The notes: generated from the sequence alone by a model not told the origin. A stretch of DNA of 64,000 nucleotides from Entomortierella parvispora E1425 (GCA_020891255.1 BQFW01000001.1:1612001-1676000); one strand, 5' to 3'; shown: positions 38,532 through 53,206, counted from the stretch's first letter. Numbers and translations are program-made.

Positions 38532-41500
38532 GTGGATTCAGGGATAGTGCTGAAGATGAGTCGTATCTCTGGCTGGGTTGGAGGGCAAGAAGGAAAAGGA
38601 CGTGGGAGGTGAAGAAAGAGAAGGACGAACGAGAAGGAGGAACGAGGAGGAGGAAGGAGGAGGAGGAACGAGAAGCAGAAGTGTGTTAGGGGTGGCGTAA
38701 CAATGTCGTGTGTTCAGTCAAGCAAAACGAGTCGAGGCGAGTCGTTGATGCAGTAGGAGGATGGATGGAGCAAGGGCGGAAGGACAAAAAAGAAGAGGGA
38801 AGAGACAAGACAAGAACGGTTATCTGCAAAAGGTATCTCTGCAGCAAAAATGCACCTCCACGCTTGCACCCACACTTGGTGCTCTGAGCGATTAATACAA
38901 TTACTTGTATTCATATTCATTCACGGGTCCCAACAGAAGGGTTGGCTGCAGCAGGCAAAAGGGTCAAGGCGCAAAGCAAGTGTGCTGCTGGGGGCTGTCT
39001 TGACCATCAAATAGACCAAGGAAGGAAGAGCTCGTTTGTTGCACTGAATGAGCAAAGATCATTTTCTTTTTACCAGTCGGATAAGATATGTCGAGCTGCG
39101 CTGGTCGTTGAGGTGGAAAAGGAGAAGGAGGGTTGAGGTCGTTACGAGAAGATTCAAGATGGGATCATAAAAGAGACGAAAGGTGAACAAGCAAGGAGAG
39201 CGAGGATGAATGAGAATCGAGTGCAGGTTGGCGTCGCGCGAGGGACTTCAACAAACAACTGCGTGATAGGGGATGAGGGGGACAAGGGAGAGGGGGTCGG
39301 AAAGAGGTATCTCCACTCAAAGGAGAAAGTGAACAGAGAGAAGGGTTGGGGGTGATGAAAAGAAGGAAGAAGGAAAAGTGGACCGGTGAAGTGAGGGTGC
39401 GTGCTTTGGGTTGAAAACTCTCTGAGCAATTGCCAATAACGTGGACTGGGCCACCGAACTGTGCATGCTCTCTTAGCGCTGCTTACGCACGGCACCAACT
39501 CAGCTGGAGCCGATAACGGCCCATTGTCGCTCTCGTTCTTGAATCATTGCCTCATAGCCTGCTTCACTCTACTCGTCACCTGGGGCCGAATACCAGCGCG
39601 GAAATCGCCTGGACAGTCTCGCCTGGTTGTTGAAACCCTGGCAAATATGTGGGTACCACGATCTCAATTGAAGTAGTCTGTGAGGGTCAATATGCTTGTG
39701 GCCTAGGTCCATCTCTGTGGAACCAGGATATCTGTCCGAAAATCTGTACGTACTGCTCAATGCGTGCATAGAACCAAGTATCCATGAACAGAATAGTACT
39801 CACCAGTTGACAGAATGCAGAGAGATGATAAATGAGAGAAAAGTATATAACGTGAACGTTTGTGACAAGAGGGGCAGAAACAAAAGTGAGAGATGGAGGG
39901 AAAAGAGAAGAGCGAGTCAGTCCTGTGGCGGACCTGCATTTAAACACTTCGTGCAATCTCCGAGTCCCTGTCCTTGCCTTCGTGGACCCATGTCCGCCCG
40001 TGCCAATGCATCAACTTAATCGTGTGCCAGGCTGCCGTGGGGAGGACGGGATGTGATCGTTGGATCGTGCTTGACTCCCCTTCCCGCCGTCTTGTTTTTA
40101 TGACTGACGCGTCATAACAGCAGATATCCTCACTATTTCACCGCTTCCTTTCATTCAATCTTTGTTGGAGTACGAGTTCCTTTCGCGATGCACATGGCAA
40201 TCAATGCCGAACGTACTCTGACTATCAACAGTGAGCGAGCAAGAGCGAGAGGTCTTCATCAAATAAATTTGAACGGGGAACGCTTTCGTTCAAGTCGAAC
40301 CACAGCACCGTTTGGCCGTACCCTTTGACTCTCCCACCAGAGCAAAGTATGAGAGGCGCGTGAAATTGTGGCGATGGACCCTGTTGACCAGTGCAGTGTA
40401 TTTTTTTTTTTGTAAATGATGTCTCTTTGGCTACAGTTGTCTAGCACGATATGTGATGTCGCAGAGCGACAATCAACAACATAAACAAGGTGGACAGTGC
40501 TTGCCACGTTCATTCAGGTCAGGGACAGTGCAAAAGTCATTATCACAAGCCAAACGATCTCAACCGCAGCACAAACAAAAAAAAGCCCTGATTCGATTTC
40601 ATGTGAGCATGCCCGCTCTCTCCCAGATGGATATCCGACTTGTTCCTTTCCATTCTCCTCCTGTGGCCTGCCGCGAACAACTGCTACGTACCCTCTGGAA
40701 CGGTACCACCTTCACACGGCGCAGGAAGTAAGCTCTGGCGACAACCCTGAAAATGCAGACGGATTATCTCCAGCGCACGTTCACTTTACAAGGTCATCAG
40801 CACCCCAATGTCGACTCAGCCTCATTCCCCCACCTCGGTTCCATAATACTAGCAGGGTCCACGTGGCTGGGACTTAAAAGATTTCTGCATTCCTGGAAGG
40901 TTCTCAATGTGCACCGCCTCCTTTTTATTGCGACATGCTTGCAGAGCCTCTCCCCTAACTATCCGAAAGAGAAAGTGGATGGTCTCGAAACTCCCGGGAA
41001 GATGAACAAAGCTGACAAAGTGTTGGTCCCACATGAACTGCTCGTGACCTTCTCTCCTTTTTATTTTTGTAATTCTTGGAATATATCTTGCTTTGGAACA
41101 AAGCATAGTCGCTCGTTGGCAACCTGATAGTCAAGTAATTGAGACTAGGGCCGTCACAATCTTATCATCTCTAGTCTTCACAATATATCTCAACAGCTCC
41201 CTAGGGTGCACCAGTTTAAATGAACACCATGGGTAACATGGGTAACGACAATTGCTGTCTCTAGGAGCAAGCCACATGTTCCTCACCATAGCCAGAGTTT
41301 GGACCAATTTTAAGGATCAAGGGCCTGTGGCGAGTTTGAAGGCTGGGTTTTTCTCTTTAGATGTTCGTCATTTGGGCTTTGCATCCATCTCAAGGGCCCT
41401 TAAATTGCCTCAGGGAGGAACAACTCTTGAAGCAGTAACGAAGTCCTCTGGTGTCTTTTACGGTCCCCGTCATCCCTTCAACCTCCAAAGAAAATCGCAC

Positions 41501-43028
41501 TGAATGCCGACAGCTAACTTTGTTCATCAACTCAACACACTTGACGCGTCCATCAAAAGGTGGACATCAAGGTCATTTGCTCTACCTGGGGGACGCATGA
41601 ACGCAGGGGAGTGTCGGCCACTGTATGATGCATGCAGGTCCAAAAGTCTTTTTTTTTTTTAAAAAAAACAAGACACAGTCGCATTACATCTCGACGGGAA
41701 GAAGTCCAGGGGTGCCGCAGGTGACGAGGTGTCTGTTGACCTTGATGAGCGCGATAGCCATTGGGGTGGCATGCAAAGACACAGAGGAAGCTCTTCCTTT
41801 CTTCCCGCTGAATTCCCAAGTCGGGCAGACTTTTTTTTTCCCGCGCAGTCTGTAGTTCTTCCCAGCTCTATGATGCAGCGCCTGTTTGTCCGGTAAACAG
41901 AGATCAAAGCGATCAGGGACGCACAAGAAAGGGATGCCTCGCCTCGAAAGTCACGGTCTGTCCGACAGGCACACTGGATGGTCAGTCAGTCGGCTCGTCC
42001 ATGTCTGTCTGCGTGTCGTGTCACCAGACATGGTCATCCACCGTTTTCGCGCGCCTTCTCATTCTTTCTTTGGCTGTCGCCCTTTTTCAACAAGAAGCAG
42101 ACACTCAGCAAGCAAGCAAGTAAGCGACTGCTTTCAAGATCGACCTCTGGCCACTCATGCAATGCAATGCCTTGCTATGTATCCCTCAAGAAAAGGAAGG
42201 GGGGAAGCGGCCATGGGGTGGTCCCTCACTGTTCCTCTCTTGCTCCATTACATCCCGCCATAAATAAGGAGGACGACGCCCTTCTCTTGTACTCCTTGCA
42301 CGCACAGTTCTTTCTCTCTCCCCTTTGAAATTTTCTTTCTCTTCCTCCCTTCCTTTCCCTTCCGGATCTCGATACTCAGTCCCTTCCTTTTCATTCTCTT
42401 CTACACACGCGCCTTTCACCCTTCAATCACCCTGTGGCCCCCTTCATTGAAACACCATTCTTGTTTCTTCTTGGTTTCTCCTCCCCCTTTGACCGCATCT
42501 GATCTTCTCTCTCCCTTTCGTACTCCTCACCTTGGTGACACTAAGCACACCCGCAATCCAACGACCCAAAAAAACACACGGCACCCTTTTTTCCGCTCTT
42601 TTTCCTTTTCCCCTTCCCTCCATTTTATCCTTTTTTTCCTCGTTTGCCTCTTACTTTCTGATACAAGTTCGTCCTTCAAGGCACTTTACTTTTCTTCCAG
42701 TCAAAAGCTCACGACGGATTCTCAACAATCGCACCCGGAACGAAAGCCTATTTGAAAGTAAAACATCCCGACCGTTGACATTTCTTTGGGAACATCCTTC
42801 CAGTGGCAACGACAAAGGTATGGAGATTGTGAAGAAGGGGCAATTGATACTCTACAGTGCCTAAGCTGACAAGAAGATGCCTTCCAACTGTTTACTCATC
42901 ACGTCCATTTTTTTTTAACAAAATACGGCTGTTGTTGCATATAGACTTTTGAAAACCACGGCCAAGCAACTCTTCGCGTTACGCCCTTTGTTTATTTTTC
43001 CAAAGTGATTTATACCATTACTCCCAGC

Positions 43029-43585
43029 ATGGCCCTCGTCTCTGAAAACGCAGCTGCTGCAGGACTGGACATGGCCAAGAACCGTCGGCTGTCCTTCCGA
43101 GAGCCTTTGAACGACGACGATTTTGATGGTTTCAGTAGCGACGAGGAAGGTGACGAGGAGGATGAGGTCGATGATGACACGGCCAAGGATCCAGACACGG
43201 CCGAGATTGCAAGCATGGAGCGCAAATCCTTGAAGTACAGGAAATCACTGACAATGTTGAATCAGTTTGCGGGACTGCAGATGACGCCGACGGGAGGCGA
43301 CGGTGGCGCTTTGACAAATTTGACAAAGGGACAACCCTCGAAGGAGCATTTGTTGGCAGCCAAGAAGAGTATCGATGATTTGACAGCATGGGTAAGGACC
43401 CTTTTTTTGGTTGTTTTATTTTTGTTGGGAGAGGCGAGTTGTCCTTCCCCCTCACAGAAGGTTGAGGGTGAGCAAATGGCCCTAACTCAAGTATCCTTTT
43501 TGTTTGATCCCGTGCGTTTGTCCTTTAGGTAAACGCCGGCGCGTTGGGGGAAGATGATGATCCGTTTGGAGGCGACGATGACTAG
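43029..43585 (+). CDS. Small acidic protein of unknown function, 139 aa (exons 43029-43391 and 43529-43585)
   Basis: Coding-like composition. The GTAAGG donor and TTTAG acceptor join ...KSIDDLTAW|VNAGALGEDDDPFGGDDD*. Confidence 0.7.
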
Positions 43586-43963
43586 AAAAGCGGGATCAAA
43601 CAACATCACACCAAAAGAGAAAAACCGGCACCCCTTACATAATAAAGAATAATCGCAGTCTGGCCGATTGTACTCATGAGCAAACCTTGCCCTTGCGCAG
43701 ATGACCATAAGACTAGCTTTGGCGAAAAGGCCCTGTCCAGAGCCATGGCTGACAGTCGGGATGGAGAGGATCAGGGGCGGAAACTGGACATGTCGCCAAA
43801 TTGTCGCGTCAGGTTGCGTGCAGCGCCTAGGAGGCACCCTGTGGAGAGTAAATTGTCTCCGCCAATGGCGGTATTCTCCGCTTGGGGCGAGCGAGGGCAC
43901 AGGACAGGGTACAGCCATCTGGCTGATCTCTGCCCTCATCATTCCTTCATTCCTTCGTTCCTT

Positions 43964-44029
43964 CCTCTCCTCTCCTCTCCTCTCCTCTCCTCTCCTCTCC
44001 TCTCCTCTCCTCTCCTCTCCTCTCCTCTC
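43964..44029. repeat. (CCTCT)n pentanucleotide repeat, about 13 copies, just upstream of the HBD start codon
   Basis: Read directly from the sequence. Confidence 0.95.
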
Positions 44030-44051
44030 TTCCCCACACTCGCATTCCGCC

Positions 44052-45650
44052 ATGGTTTTCGCTCCTCTTGCCCGCACTGCTGCTGCTCGCGCCTCCCACT
44101 GGAGCGTCAAGGTACCTTCACTCTCTATTCCTGACATCCTGACATCCATCATTCCTTCTCACTGCAGATGGATTTCACCCCCTGATCAAATAGCCTTCGT
44201 GTCCGCAATTACTCACTCATTGTTTTGACTCTATGTGAATAGTCCTTCCACTCTTCCAGCGCCAACTTGGTATGACACAGGGGAACTCACGCAAGAAAAG
44301 CCAACAGTTTGACAACTAGGGGCGACATTTGAGTCATGGATGACCTGTTGCTAATCTGGAATCTCATCAATTACAATGCAATAGCATGGCGTCAAGCGTG
44401 TCGGTGTCCTCGGTGCCGGCCAGATGGTATGGATGCTTTCAGTGCAACTAGATGGAGCAGCAATTTCTTTACAACAGTTTACTACTCCTCCTGCCGGCAG
44501 CTTCTTGACGGCTAACAAGCTTTTGAACTGTTTTGATCTAGGGATTGGGAATTGCTTTGGTTGCCGCCAACGTCTCCAAGCTCCCCGTCTTGCTTTTGGA
44601 CTCTAACGAGGCTCAGTTGAACAAGGGCTTGAAGTTCATGGGTAAGCACTTGTGGCATCTGAGAACTTGCTTTTAAGTGAGGAGGCACGTTCCTGGGCAA
44701 CCTTGGCCCGGTAGCTCAATTAAATTTCACCCGTGGGAAAATTGGAGGACAGCCTGGGGCGGCAGCCGGGGAAATGGGCGACGGAACAAATAACGTGACT
44801 GGGCCACCTTCGCTCACCCTGTTTCTCTCTTTCTTTCTCAGACTCTCTCCTCAAGAAGGATATTGCCAAGGGCCGCTTGACCGAGCAGCAGGCAGACGAG
44901 ACCCGTGCCCGCGTCAAGACCACCCAGAAGATGGCTGATTTCGGCGATGTTGACTTTGTGATCGAGGCCGTCTCTGAGAACCCCGCCTTGAAGGCCACTT
45001 TGTTCCGTGACCTTGCCCAGGCCACTCCCAAGCATGCCATCTTGGCCTCCAACACCTCCAGCATCAGCATCACCAAGATCGCCGCTGCTGCCAAGGGCCG
45101 TGAGGAGCAAGTCATCGGAATGCACTTCATGAACCCCGTCCCCGTCATGAAGTTGGTTGAGATCATCCCCGGTCTGGCCACCTCGAACGAGGTCTTGAGA
45201 ACCACCAAGGACTTGGCCGTTGCTATGGGCAAGACCTGCACCGTCAGCCAGGATGTTCCCGGCTTCGTTGCCAACCGTTTGTTGATGCCCTACATTAACG
45301 AGGCCATCATTGCCTACGAGACTGTACGTTTTGTATCACGACTTTTGAACGCTCCCATGGTCCTCATTATAATAATCTCGCTCCTAACATTTGTTTTTCT
45401 CTCATTTTCTTTAATGTAGGGCATTGCCTCCAAGGAGGACATCGATACCACCATGAAGCTTGGAACTAACATGCCCATGGGTCCCTTGACTTTGGCTGAT
45501 TTCATTGGTTTGGATACCTGCTTGGCCATCATGAAGGTCCTCCACGAGCAGTTGGGTGATACCAAGTACCGCCCCAGTGTCTTGTTGAACAAGATGGTTG
45601 ATGCCGGCTGGGTTGGCAAGAAGTCTGGACGTGGTTTCTACGTCTACTAG
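44052..45650 (+). CDS. 3-hydroxybutyryl-CoA dehydrogenase, probably mitochondrial
   Basis: Rossmann motif GVLGAGQMG, plus [54 protein letters not shown] and [16 protein letters not shown]. Arg-rich N-terminal leader. Confidence 0.93.
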
Positions 45651-45796
45651 ATGTTTTTATATTGGACATTCAGGACAAGTTGGACGAAATTTCAGGCATT
45701 CATAAAAATTCACTTTATCATACAATCTTCACTACGCAACTGTTTGTAGACAGTTGTGCAAATCTGGGGGGTTTATTTTGCTTCGGTGTATTCAGA

Positions 45797-47485
45797 TTAT
45801 GATTCTTCTTCGTTCATGGCCATGAGCAAGTCTGTTTGCTCCTCCACACGAAGAGCCTGGATGAATTCTGGAAGGGCATCGCCTTCGAGAACAGACTCAA
45901 GCTCGTGCAGTGTCTTGTTGATTCTATGGTCCGTAACTCGGTTCTAATGGTCAAGAACACACACACACAAAAAGAAAGCCAATATTAGTATCCACATGAG
46001 CCGTATCATTCTCCACACTCATGTTTTCCTTCCCATGTATTTCCCATCTTTCCGCTTACCTGAGGGAAGTTGTAGGTTCGAATCTTTTCCGAACGCGATC
46101 CTGATCCAACCTGCTGCCTTCTCAAATTCTTTCGTTCCGATGCCAGTTTCTCTCGCTCACGCTCAAACAATTTCGCCCGCAAGATCGTGAAGGCCTTGGC
46201 TCTGTTCTTTTGATTCGAACGCTCATCCTGGATAGCTACGACAATGCCCGTAGCCAAATGAGTCAGGCGAATGGCAGAGTCGGTAGTGTTGACTTTTTGA
46301 CCGCCGGAACCAGAGGCGCGGAAAACATCCACGCGGACATCAGAATCATGGATCTGGACTTGAACCTCAGTGGGTTGGGGCATGATTGCGACAGTGACAG
46401 TCGAAGTATGGATACGACCCTGGGTTTCGGTTGCAGGCACACGTTGTACTCTGTGCACTCCCGACTCGAACTTCAGTTGACCGAATACGTTGTGCCCAGT
46501 GATGGCGATTGTAGCATCCTAAGAATATGCACAGAGGATAAAAATCTGTCAATAACAAAATCCTCATTGTCCGAGTAATGGCATCTTTCTTCTCCTCCCT
46601 TCATACCTTGATCGATCCCAGTCCATCGTAGGTCTTTGAAATGATATCCCATTTCCACCGCTGTTTCTCGGCAAATCGTTCATACATCCTCAAGACATCA
46701 GCGGCGAACAACCCAGCCTCATCGCCTCCAGTTCCAGCACGAATTTCCAGAATTGCATTGGCCTCGTCCGTTGTATCTGTTGGCAACATGGCCAGCAACA
46801 AGTCCTTCTCCATCTCCAAGATCCGCTCTGTTGTTTCCTTGATCTCCTCCTCGGTCATCTCCAGCAAATCTGGATCGCCCTTTGTTGTGGGATCCTCCAA
46901 CATTTGTCGTAGTGACATCAAATCCCGGATTTGTTGTTCCACTTCCGAGAATCGGTCCGTGATCAGTGAGAGGTCATGAAGTTGTTTGGTCTTCTCGGCA
47001 AATTTAGAAGGACTGAGATCTTCACCCTCGGTGGATTGACCATTGATCTCGAGCAAGACTTTGTCATGGAGTTCTTTCATGGACTCGAGTTTGGGTCGCA
47101 TCTTGTTGAGCATGGGTGTGTGAAAGACAACTGGGTCTGTCGAGGAAGAGAGCAGCCTTGCGGAGGTCGAGAAAGACTGACGTCTTTGGCTGGAAGAGGA
47201 GGAGGCTGTTGAGGATGAGTCAGCTGGATCGGCCAAAGAATACGAGAGCCAACCATGTTGGGCCAAAAATGCAGAGCTAGATCTCGCTGCTTGACTGGCG
47301 CTGGTAATAGAAGACTGAAGGGGCATGGATCGGGTTTGGGATAGAGGTATTGATGGTCCAGCGGCTTGGGTGTATAATCTTTGAGGGGTGGCTGTCCTTG
47401 AAAATATCCGGGAAGTAAGAGAGTATCGAGTGGTGATGGCGATCCGGCTAGGCAAATGCCCGGGGACGAATGGGCGCATGACCAT
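45797..47485 (-). CDS. MRF1: Mitochondrial peptide chain release factor 1
   Basis: [31 protein letters not shown], the GGQ motif ([14 protein letters not shown]) and [12 protein letters not shown]. Long presequence. Confidence 0.95.
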
Positions 47486-47806
47486 GATCCTTTTACTTGA
47501 TGGATGGGGTTGAATGAGAATGATAAATGAACAAGTGAATGACTGAACCAAGCGCGACCGTTTTGTTCTCCGGACCAAAGGTGACCGGTTTCTCTGCGAT
47601 GTTTAGGCAAAAGTGGCTGAGCAGATGCATAGGGTTTGTGCGCTTCTTTATGTATTCAGCTTTGGGACAAATAGGGAGTTCATACATGGATGAAAGGGAC
47701 GAATTGGACCTTGCTGTGCAGAGGCAGGATATGCAATGGGGTGATAAAATGCTGGCTATGATTATTGAGGATGTTTTGCAATGATGACTGTTGACCGACC
47801 CATGCT

Positions 47807-48992
47807 TTAATAGGGCTTGAACCGTCTGTTGACCTTGAGTGCCTCGATCCTTTGCTTATCCTCTTCGAACTTGCGGCGAAGATCAACCAATTCTATTTAG
47901 ATGTGAAAATTCACGCCATTAGAAATCTGTTCTACCATGTAGACATTTCAGAATCCCCCATTCTGATATCAGATAAAAAGACTTACTGTCGCGCTTGGCT
48001 TCACGCATCTGGAAGCGGTAAAAGTCCTGGAGTTCCTTCTTCTTTGGCTTGAGGTTCTTGACATCCTCTGCCTTGGCAGCTGTGATAGAAATAACACCGT
48101 CCGAGTTTTGGCCCTTGCTTCCTGCACGGGTCACGAGCGTGAAACCATCCTCATCCATGACGTTATGGCGAGCAAGGGCAGCCTGCTGGGCCTCATACTC
48201 GGACCGCTCAAACTTCTCCATGTAATCATCCACCTTGATCTGCAAAGACGCAGCGTCAGGTCTCCTCCTGTGGTATTCGTTCATCCATTCTATTAAGTGA
48301 CGGGACGGTTAGTCGGTGCCGCTAAGATTGCAAATGAAAGAAAAGTAATATCATTTCAACAACATACTTGATACACCCAAACTTGAAAGCTTGGCAATAT
48401 CTGCTGGAGTGGCGTCGCTTCCAGTGTGGATCCATGTTCTCCGCTTCTTCTTCATGGCCAATGCCTTGTTCAACTCTTGCTCTTCCAAGAACACAACGTA
48501 TGCTTGGGATCCTGTGGCATATACTGTCCTGATCTCTTCGGCTTGTGACTCTGCCTCCTGCTTCTTTCCCTTCTTTCCCTTGGTATTCTTCTTGGTATTG
48601 GCCTCAGCCTCAAGCATAGCGGCCTCCTTCTCCAGTCTCTCCAACTCTTCTTGATGCTCGCGCTCTTCCTTGGTCAAAGTCGAGTCTGTTGAACGAACTC
48701 TGTTCAAGAATTGGACAGAGATGACACGACCACTGGGTTTGAAGAGCTCTCTAATATGATCTTCAGTAGCGTCGACGGGGATGTTGAGAACAAAGAGAGT
48801 ACGGTTCTTGGGAGTTTTGGGGTCCTCCTTAGGGGACTCGTGCTTCTTGAAGTAGAGGTAATGGAGAATGTTTTTGTAACCTGCCGAGGAAGTGGTCAAG
48901 GCAGGCATGTGCAAAGGGAGGATGAAAAAGTTGGCGATGGCATCGAGTCCTGAAGCCGATGTGGCCTCCTGCTGTGCTTGCTTCTTTGCCAT
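47807..48992 (-). CDS. RRP7: Ribosomal RNA-processing protein 7
   Basis: HYLYFKKH, RTLFVLNIPVDATE, VDDYMEKFE, MDEDGFTLVTR and DFYRFQMRE. C-terminus RRFKPY*. Confidence 0.93.
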
Positions 48993-49352
48993 TTGGTATG
49001 TGATGGGGTGGCTATAGGTGATGACGATGAAGACTGGACCGGAACTAGCGTTTCGTTTTGCATGCACTCTTGCAGAGAAAAAAAAAAAAAAAAAGTATGC
49101 CTTCAGTTGCCACCACAAGGGCGGTGGCTTGTTGTTTTGAGAACAAAATCGCAGGCCCAGAGCCTCAGAACACACACGTGACTTCCCCACCCCCCTCAAA
49201 TTTCCCACGGGGGTCTCTTTTTCGAGTGTGGAGCAGAGGGTGAGGCGGCTTGTTTGTTCATCTCCATCGTTGCATCCCCACTTTCCTCCGCCTTCATCCC
49301 TCCCCTCTCTCTTTCTCTCACCGCTCCATTCCCGACACATAATCACACCGCA

Positions 49353-51476
49353 ATGAGCATGCTTTACAAGAAGGCTGCGCCCATGGTCGCCCGTGCCATG
49401 GCCAACACCCCCCTGGCGCGCTCCGTCGGCCTGATGCGCCCCTCGTTCGCTGTCGGCATGGTCCGCTCCTACTACCGCGCTCATGAGGATCAGAGCCTCA
49501 TCCTCCCCAACAACATTGACACCCACAAGCCAGAGTTCAAGGTAAACTTGAAAATACACATCGTCCTTGCCACAGGTCCATGTGATGGACTATTTTTCGA
49601 TTTTGCACCTATATATTCCTAACCCCTGAAAAATAATTCTCTTGAAACTGACATGTTTGTTATGGTCTATCATTGTACATAGGAAAATGCTGCCAGGATG
49701 CAGGCCCTTGTTGATGACATGAAGGCCAAGGTCGCCGAGATCAAGCTCGGTATGGATACCCTCCATCTATAAACCAATAGCGATGATTGGTTTCGCGCAA
49801 TAGTGCGATATGCTAATAATTTCCGCTTCTTTGTCAATCAATTCTCGATTCGTAGGAGGTGGAAAGGTCGCCAGAGAGAGACATCTTGGACGCAAAAAGT
49901 TGTTGCCAAGAGATCGGTATGTGCAACATAACAGATTGGGCCGAACTCGTTTTTTTAAACAAGAATTTTGTATTCTTCCCTGTAAAGAAGAATGATTTTG
50001 ATAGCACCACCCCTAACAGACGTTTGCCCTTTCACTTACCCTAGTGTTGAGCGCCTGTTGGACAATGGATCGCCCTTCATGGAGATTGGTCAGTTTGCTG
50101 GATATGAGCTCTACCATGAGAAGGTCCCTGCTGGAGGAATCATCGCTGGTATTGGACGTGTCAACGGCGTCGAGTGCATGATTGTTGCCAACGATCCCAC
50201 TGTCAAGGGAGGCACGTACTACCCCATTACTGTCAAGAAGCACTTGCGCGCTCAGGAGATCGCCAAGGAGAACCGCTTGCCTTGTATCTACTTGGTCGAG
50301 TCTGGTGGAGCAAACTTGCCCCGTCAGTTGGAGGTTTTCCCTGACAAGGAGCACTTTGGTCGCATCTTCTTCAACCAGGCCAACATGTCGGCCATGGGTA
50401 TCCCTCAGATTGCCGTCGTTTTGGGATCATGCACAGCTGGTGGCGCCTACGTTCCCGCCATGGCTGATGAGAGTATCATTGTTCAGAAGCAGGGAACCAT
50501 TTTCTTGGCTGGCCCCCCTCTGGTCAAAGCCGCCACTGGAGAGGTTGTCTCTGCTGAGGATCTCGGAGGAGCTGACATGCATTGCAAGGTCTCTGGAGTT
50601 ACTGATCACTTGGCTGTTGATGACGAGCACGCTTTGGTCCTCGCCCGCCGTGTCATTGGCAACCTTAACTACCAGAAGACTCCCAAGGTCGTTATGAAGA
50701 AGGTTGAGGAGCCTTTGTACCCTGCCTCGGAGCTCGGAGGTATTGTCGGTGACAACCTCAAGAAGTCCTTTGATGTCAAGGATGTCATTTCGCGTATTGT
50801 CGATGGATCCAAGTTCAGCGAGTTCAAGGAGAACTACGGAACCACTGTTGTCACTGGATTCGCTCACATTCATGGATACCCCGTTGGTATCGTTGCCAAT
50901 AACGGTATTCTGTTCTCAGAGGCTGCCCTCAAGTCGGCTCACTTCATCCAGTTGTGCTCACAGCGCAAGATTCCCTTGGTCTTCTTGCAAAACATTACCG
51001 GATTCATGGTCGGTTCATCTGCTGAACAGGGTGGTATTGCCAAGAACGGAGCCAAGATGGTCACAGCGGTGTCGTGCGCACAGGTCCCCAAGTTCACTGT
51101 AATCATTGGAGGATCATTCGGTGCCGGAAACTACGGTATGTGCGGTCGTGCTTACTCGCCCCGCTTCTTGTGGATGTGGCCCAATGCCCGTATCTCCGTC
51201 ATGGGAGGTGAGCAGGCCGCTGGTGTGTTGTCGACTGTCAAGCGTGCCGGTATGGAGAAGCGTGGTGAGAACTGGGACCCCAAGGACGAGGAGGAGTTCA
51301 AGAAGCCCATTGTTGACTTGTACGAGAAGGAGGGTCACCCCTTCGTGTCTGAGGCTCGCTTGATTCACGATTCGACGATTGATCCCGAGGATACTAGAGC
51401 CGTTCTCGGCATGGGTCTCAGCACTGCCATGAACGCCCCCATTGAGGACACTGAGTTCGGTGTCTTCCGTATGTAA
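49353..51476 (+). CDS. MCCC2: Methylcrotonoyl-CoA carboxylase beta subunit, mitochondrial
   Basis: [63 protein letters not shown]-terminus FGVFRM*. Confidence 0.97.
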
Positions 51477-51781
51477 AGAAGAACGAGAAACGATGACAAG
51501 CAAATAGAACAGCAAGAATACAATACATTTTCATTTTCATTTTATCATGACCCCTTAACTTGATCGTGTCACGTGCGATACCACATCGTTTTTCACGTGA
51601 TCTCGGAGGCTGGCCCGACAGGGGTCAACAAGTGCGTTACCTCGGAGAGAAGTTCAAATTAATCACACGCATCCGCATCCCCGCATCCCTTTTCGGCCCA
51701 TCCACCTCCGATTCGCTTTTTCTTTCTTGTCTTCCATCCCCCTTGTCCCTCCACTCTCCACTCCATCAACACATCATCATC

Positions 51782-52855
51782 ATGTTCGCCCCCCGTGTCG
51801 CTGCTCCTCTTCGCACCGTTGGTCGCATGCAGAGTAATGTCTCGGTCTAGATTAAAATGTCCCTTGTTTGTTTTCCAGATTCTCCGAGCCCATGGGGGTC
51901 AACGGGAAAGAGACATTCAAGTCTCTGGAGGAAAGCAAGGTGCATGGTGTATCAGGCAGTGAATCTAACCATTACCCTTCTTTTCAATGTCACCATTTAG
52001 CCGCGGCTATTGCCAGAACTGCCTTCGCCAGAACGCGCGTCATGGCCCCCGTCGGCACCAGGTACGCATTTGGAATCAATCAAGGACTTGGAGCATCAAC
52101 GGAGCATGACTTGAAACTGCAATTGAGCGAAGACAGAAAAGAGTTCAGCTGCAGCCTCATGCGGGAAATGAGAAATTAAACTCAACGATGTGCCGCTTTT
52201 GTGATGAATAGAATCTTGTCCACCTCCCAGCCTAACAAGGAGGAGGTCAAGGTTGCTCCTTTGGTTCAGCAGCGCAAGAACCGCCCTCTCTCCCCTCACT
52301 TGACCATCTACCAGCCCCAGTTGACCTGGTACTTGTCCATGTTCCACCGTGCCACTGGTGGAGCCGTTGCTTTCGGTAAGGAACCTTTATTCAAATGCTT
52401 GGAACGCTCCCTCTCCCATGGTAGACGTTTTGAACAGATCTCTCACCGTCATTTTCTCATTATCTCTTTGACAGGATTCTATGCCGGTGCCATCACCTAC
52501 GCTGTCGGTCCCATGTTCGGTATGGGTTTTGATGCCGCCACTGTTGTGTCGACCATTGCCACTGTCCCTGTTGCTGCCAAGGTTGCTGGCAAGTTCATTG
52601 TTGCCTTGCCTTTCACCTTCCACTCTTTCAACGGTCTTCGTCACTTGGTAAGCTGGTTCCGATGATCGCGCCAATCGCTGCATAAAAAACCATCACCAGG
52701 ATTTTTTTTCTGACGAGATTTTATGATCTCTTCTTCCTTGAACTACCTAGCTCTGGGATACCACTCGCGCATTGACTTTGAAGGGTGTTTACTCGACCGG
52801 TTACGCCGTCATTGGCTTGTCTACGGTCTCGGCTATTGGATTGGCTCTCATCTAG
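51782..52855 (+). CDS. SDH3: Succinate dehydrogenase cytochrome b560 subunit
   Basis: [30 protein letters not shown] and [12 protein letters not shown]. Multi-exon. Confidence 0.96.
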
Positions 52856-53206
52856 ACAATCAAAACAAGAAAGGAGGAGAGGCGCATGTTGATAATGGCA
52901 ACAAATCATTTTAAATAAACCACGGATAATTATCAAAAAACTTTTGGATCATGTTCCGAGTCTGCAAAAGTCAGTGTCGCGCTATTTATGTCGAGAGCAG
53001 TGGATTGTTCATTCAGGAGCCTATAGTGCCTCAAGCGTTTTCTTTTTATTCAACAGTCTTTGCCCCAATGGACTGGGCAATAACTGAAGTCTTCTTTCAT
53101 TTGATAAAGCACATATTTTCTTTTGCTACGTATGCTGAGGTGGCCTTGTCAGCGTCTTGTTCGACTGGTAGTTTGCTTGGTTTGAAAAACTTCTCTCTAC
53201 TGGTCG

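Noticed and set aside
39150-42900. 60-125-aa ORFs in the long divergent intergenic region
   Set aside because: No recognisable motifs, codon bias or convincing exon chain, so probably regulatory or UTR sequence.
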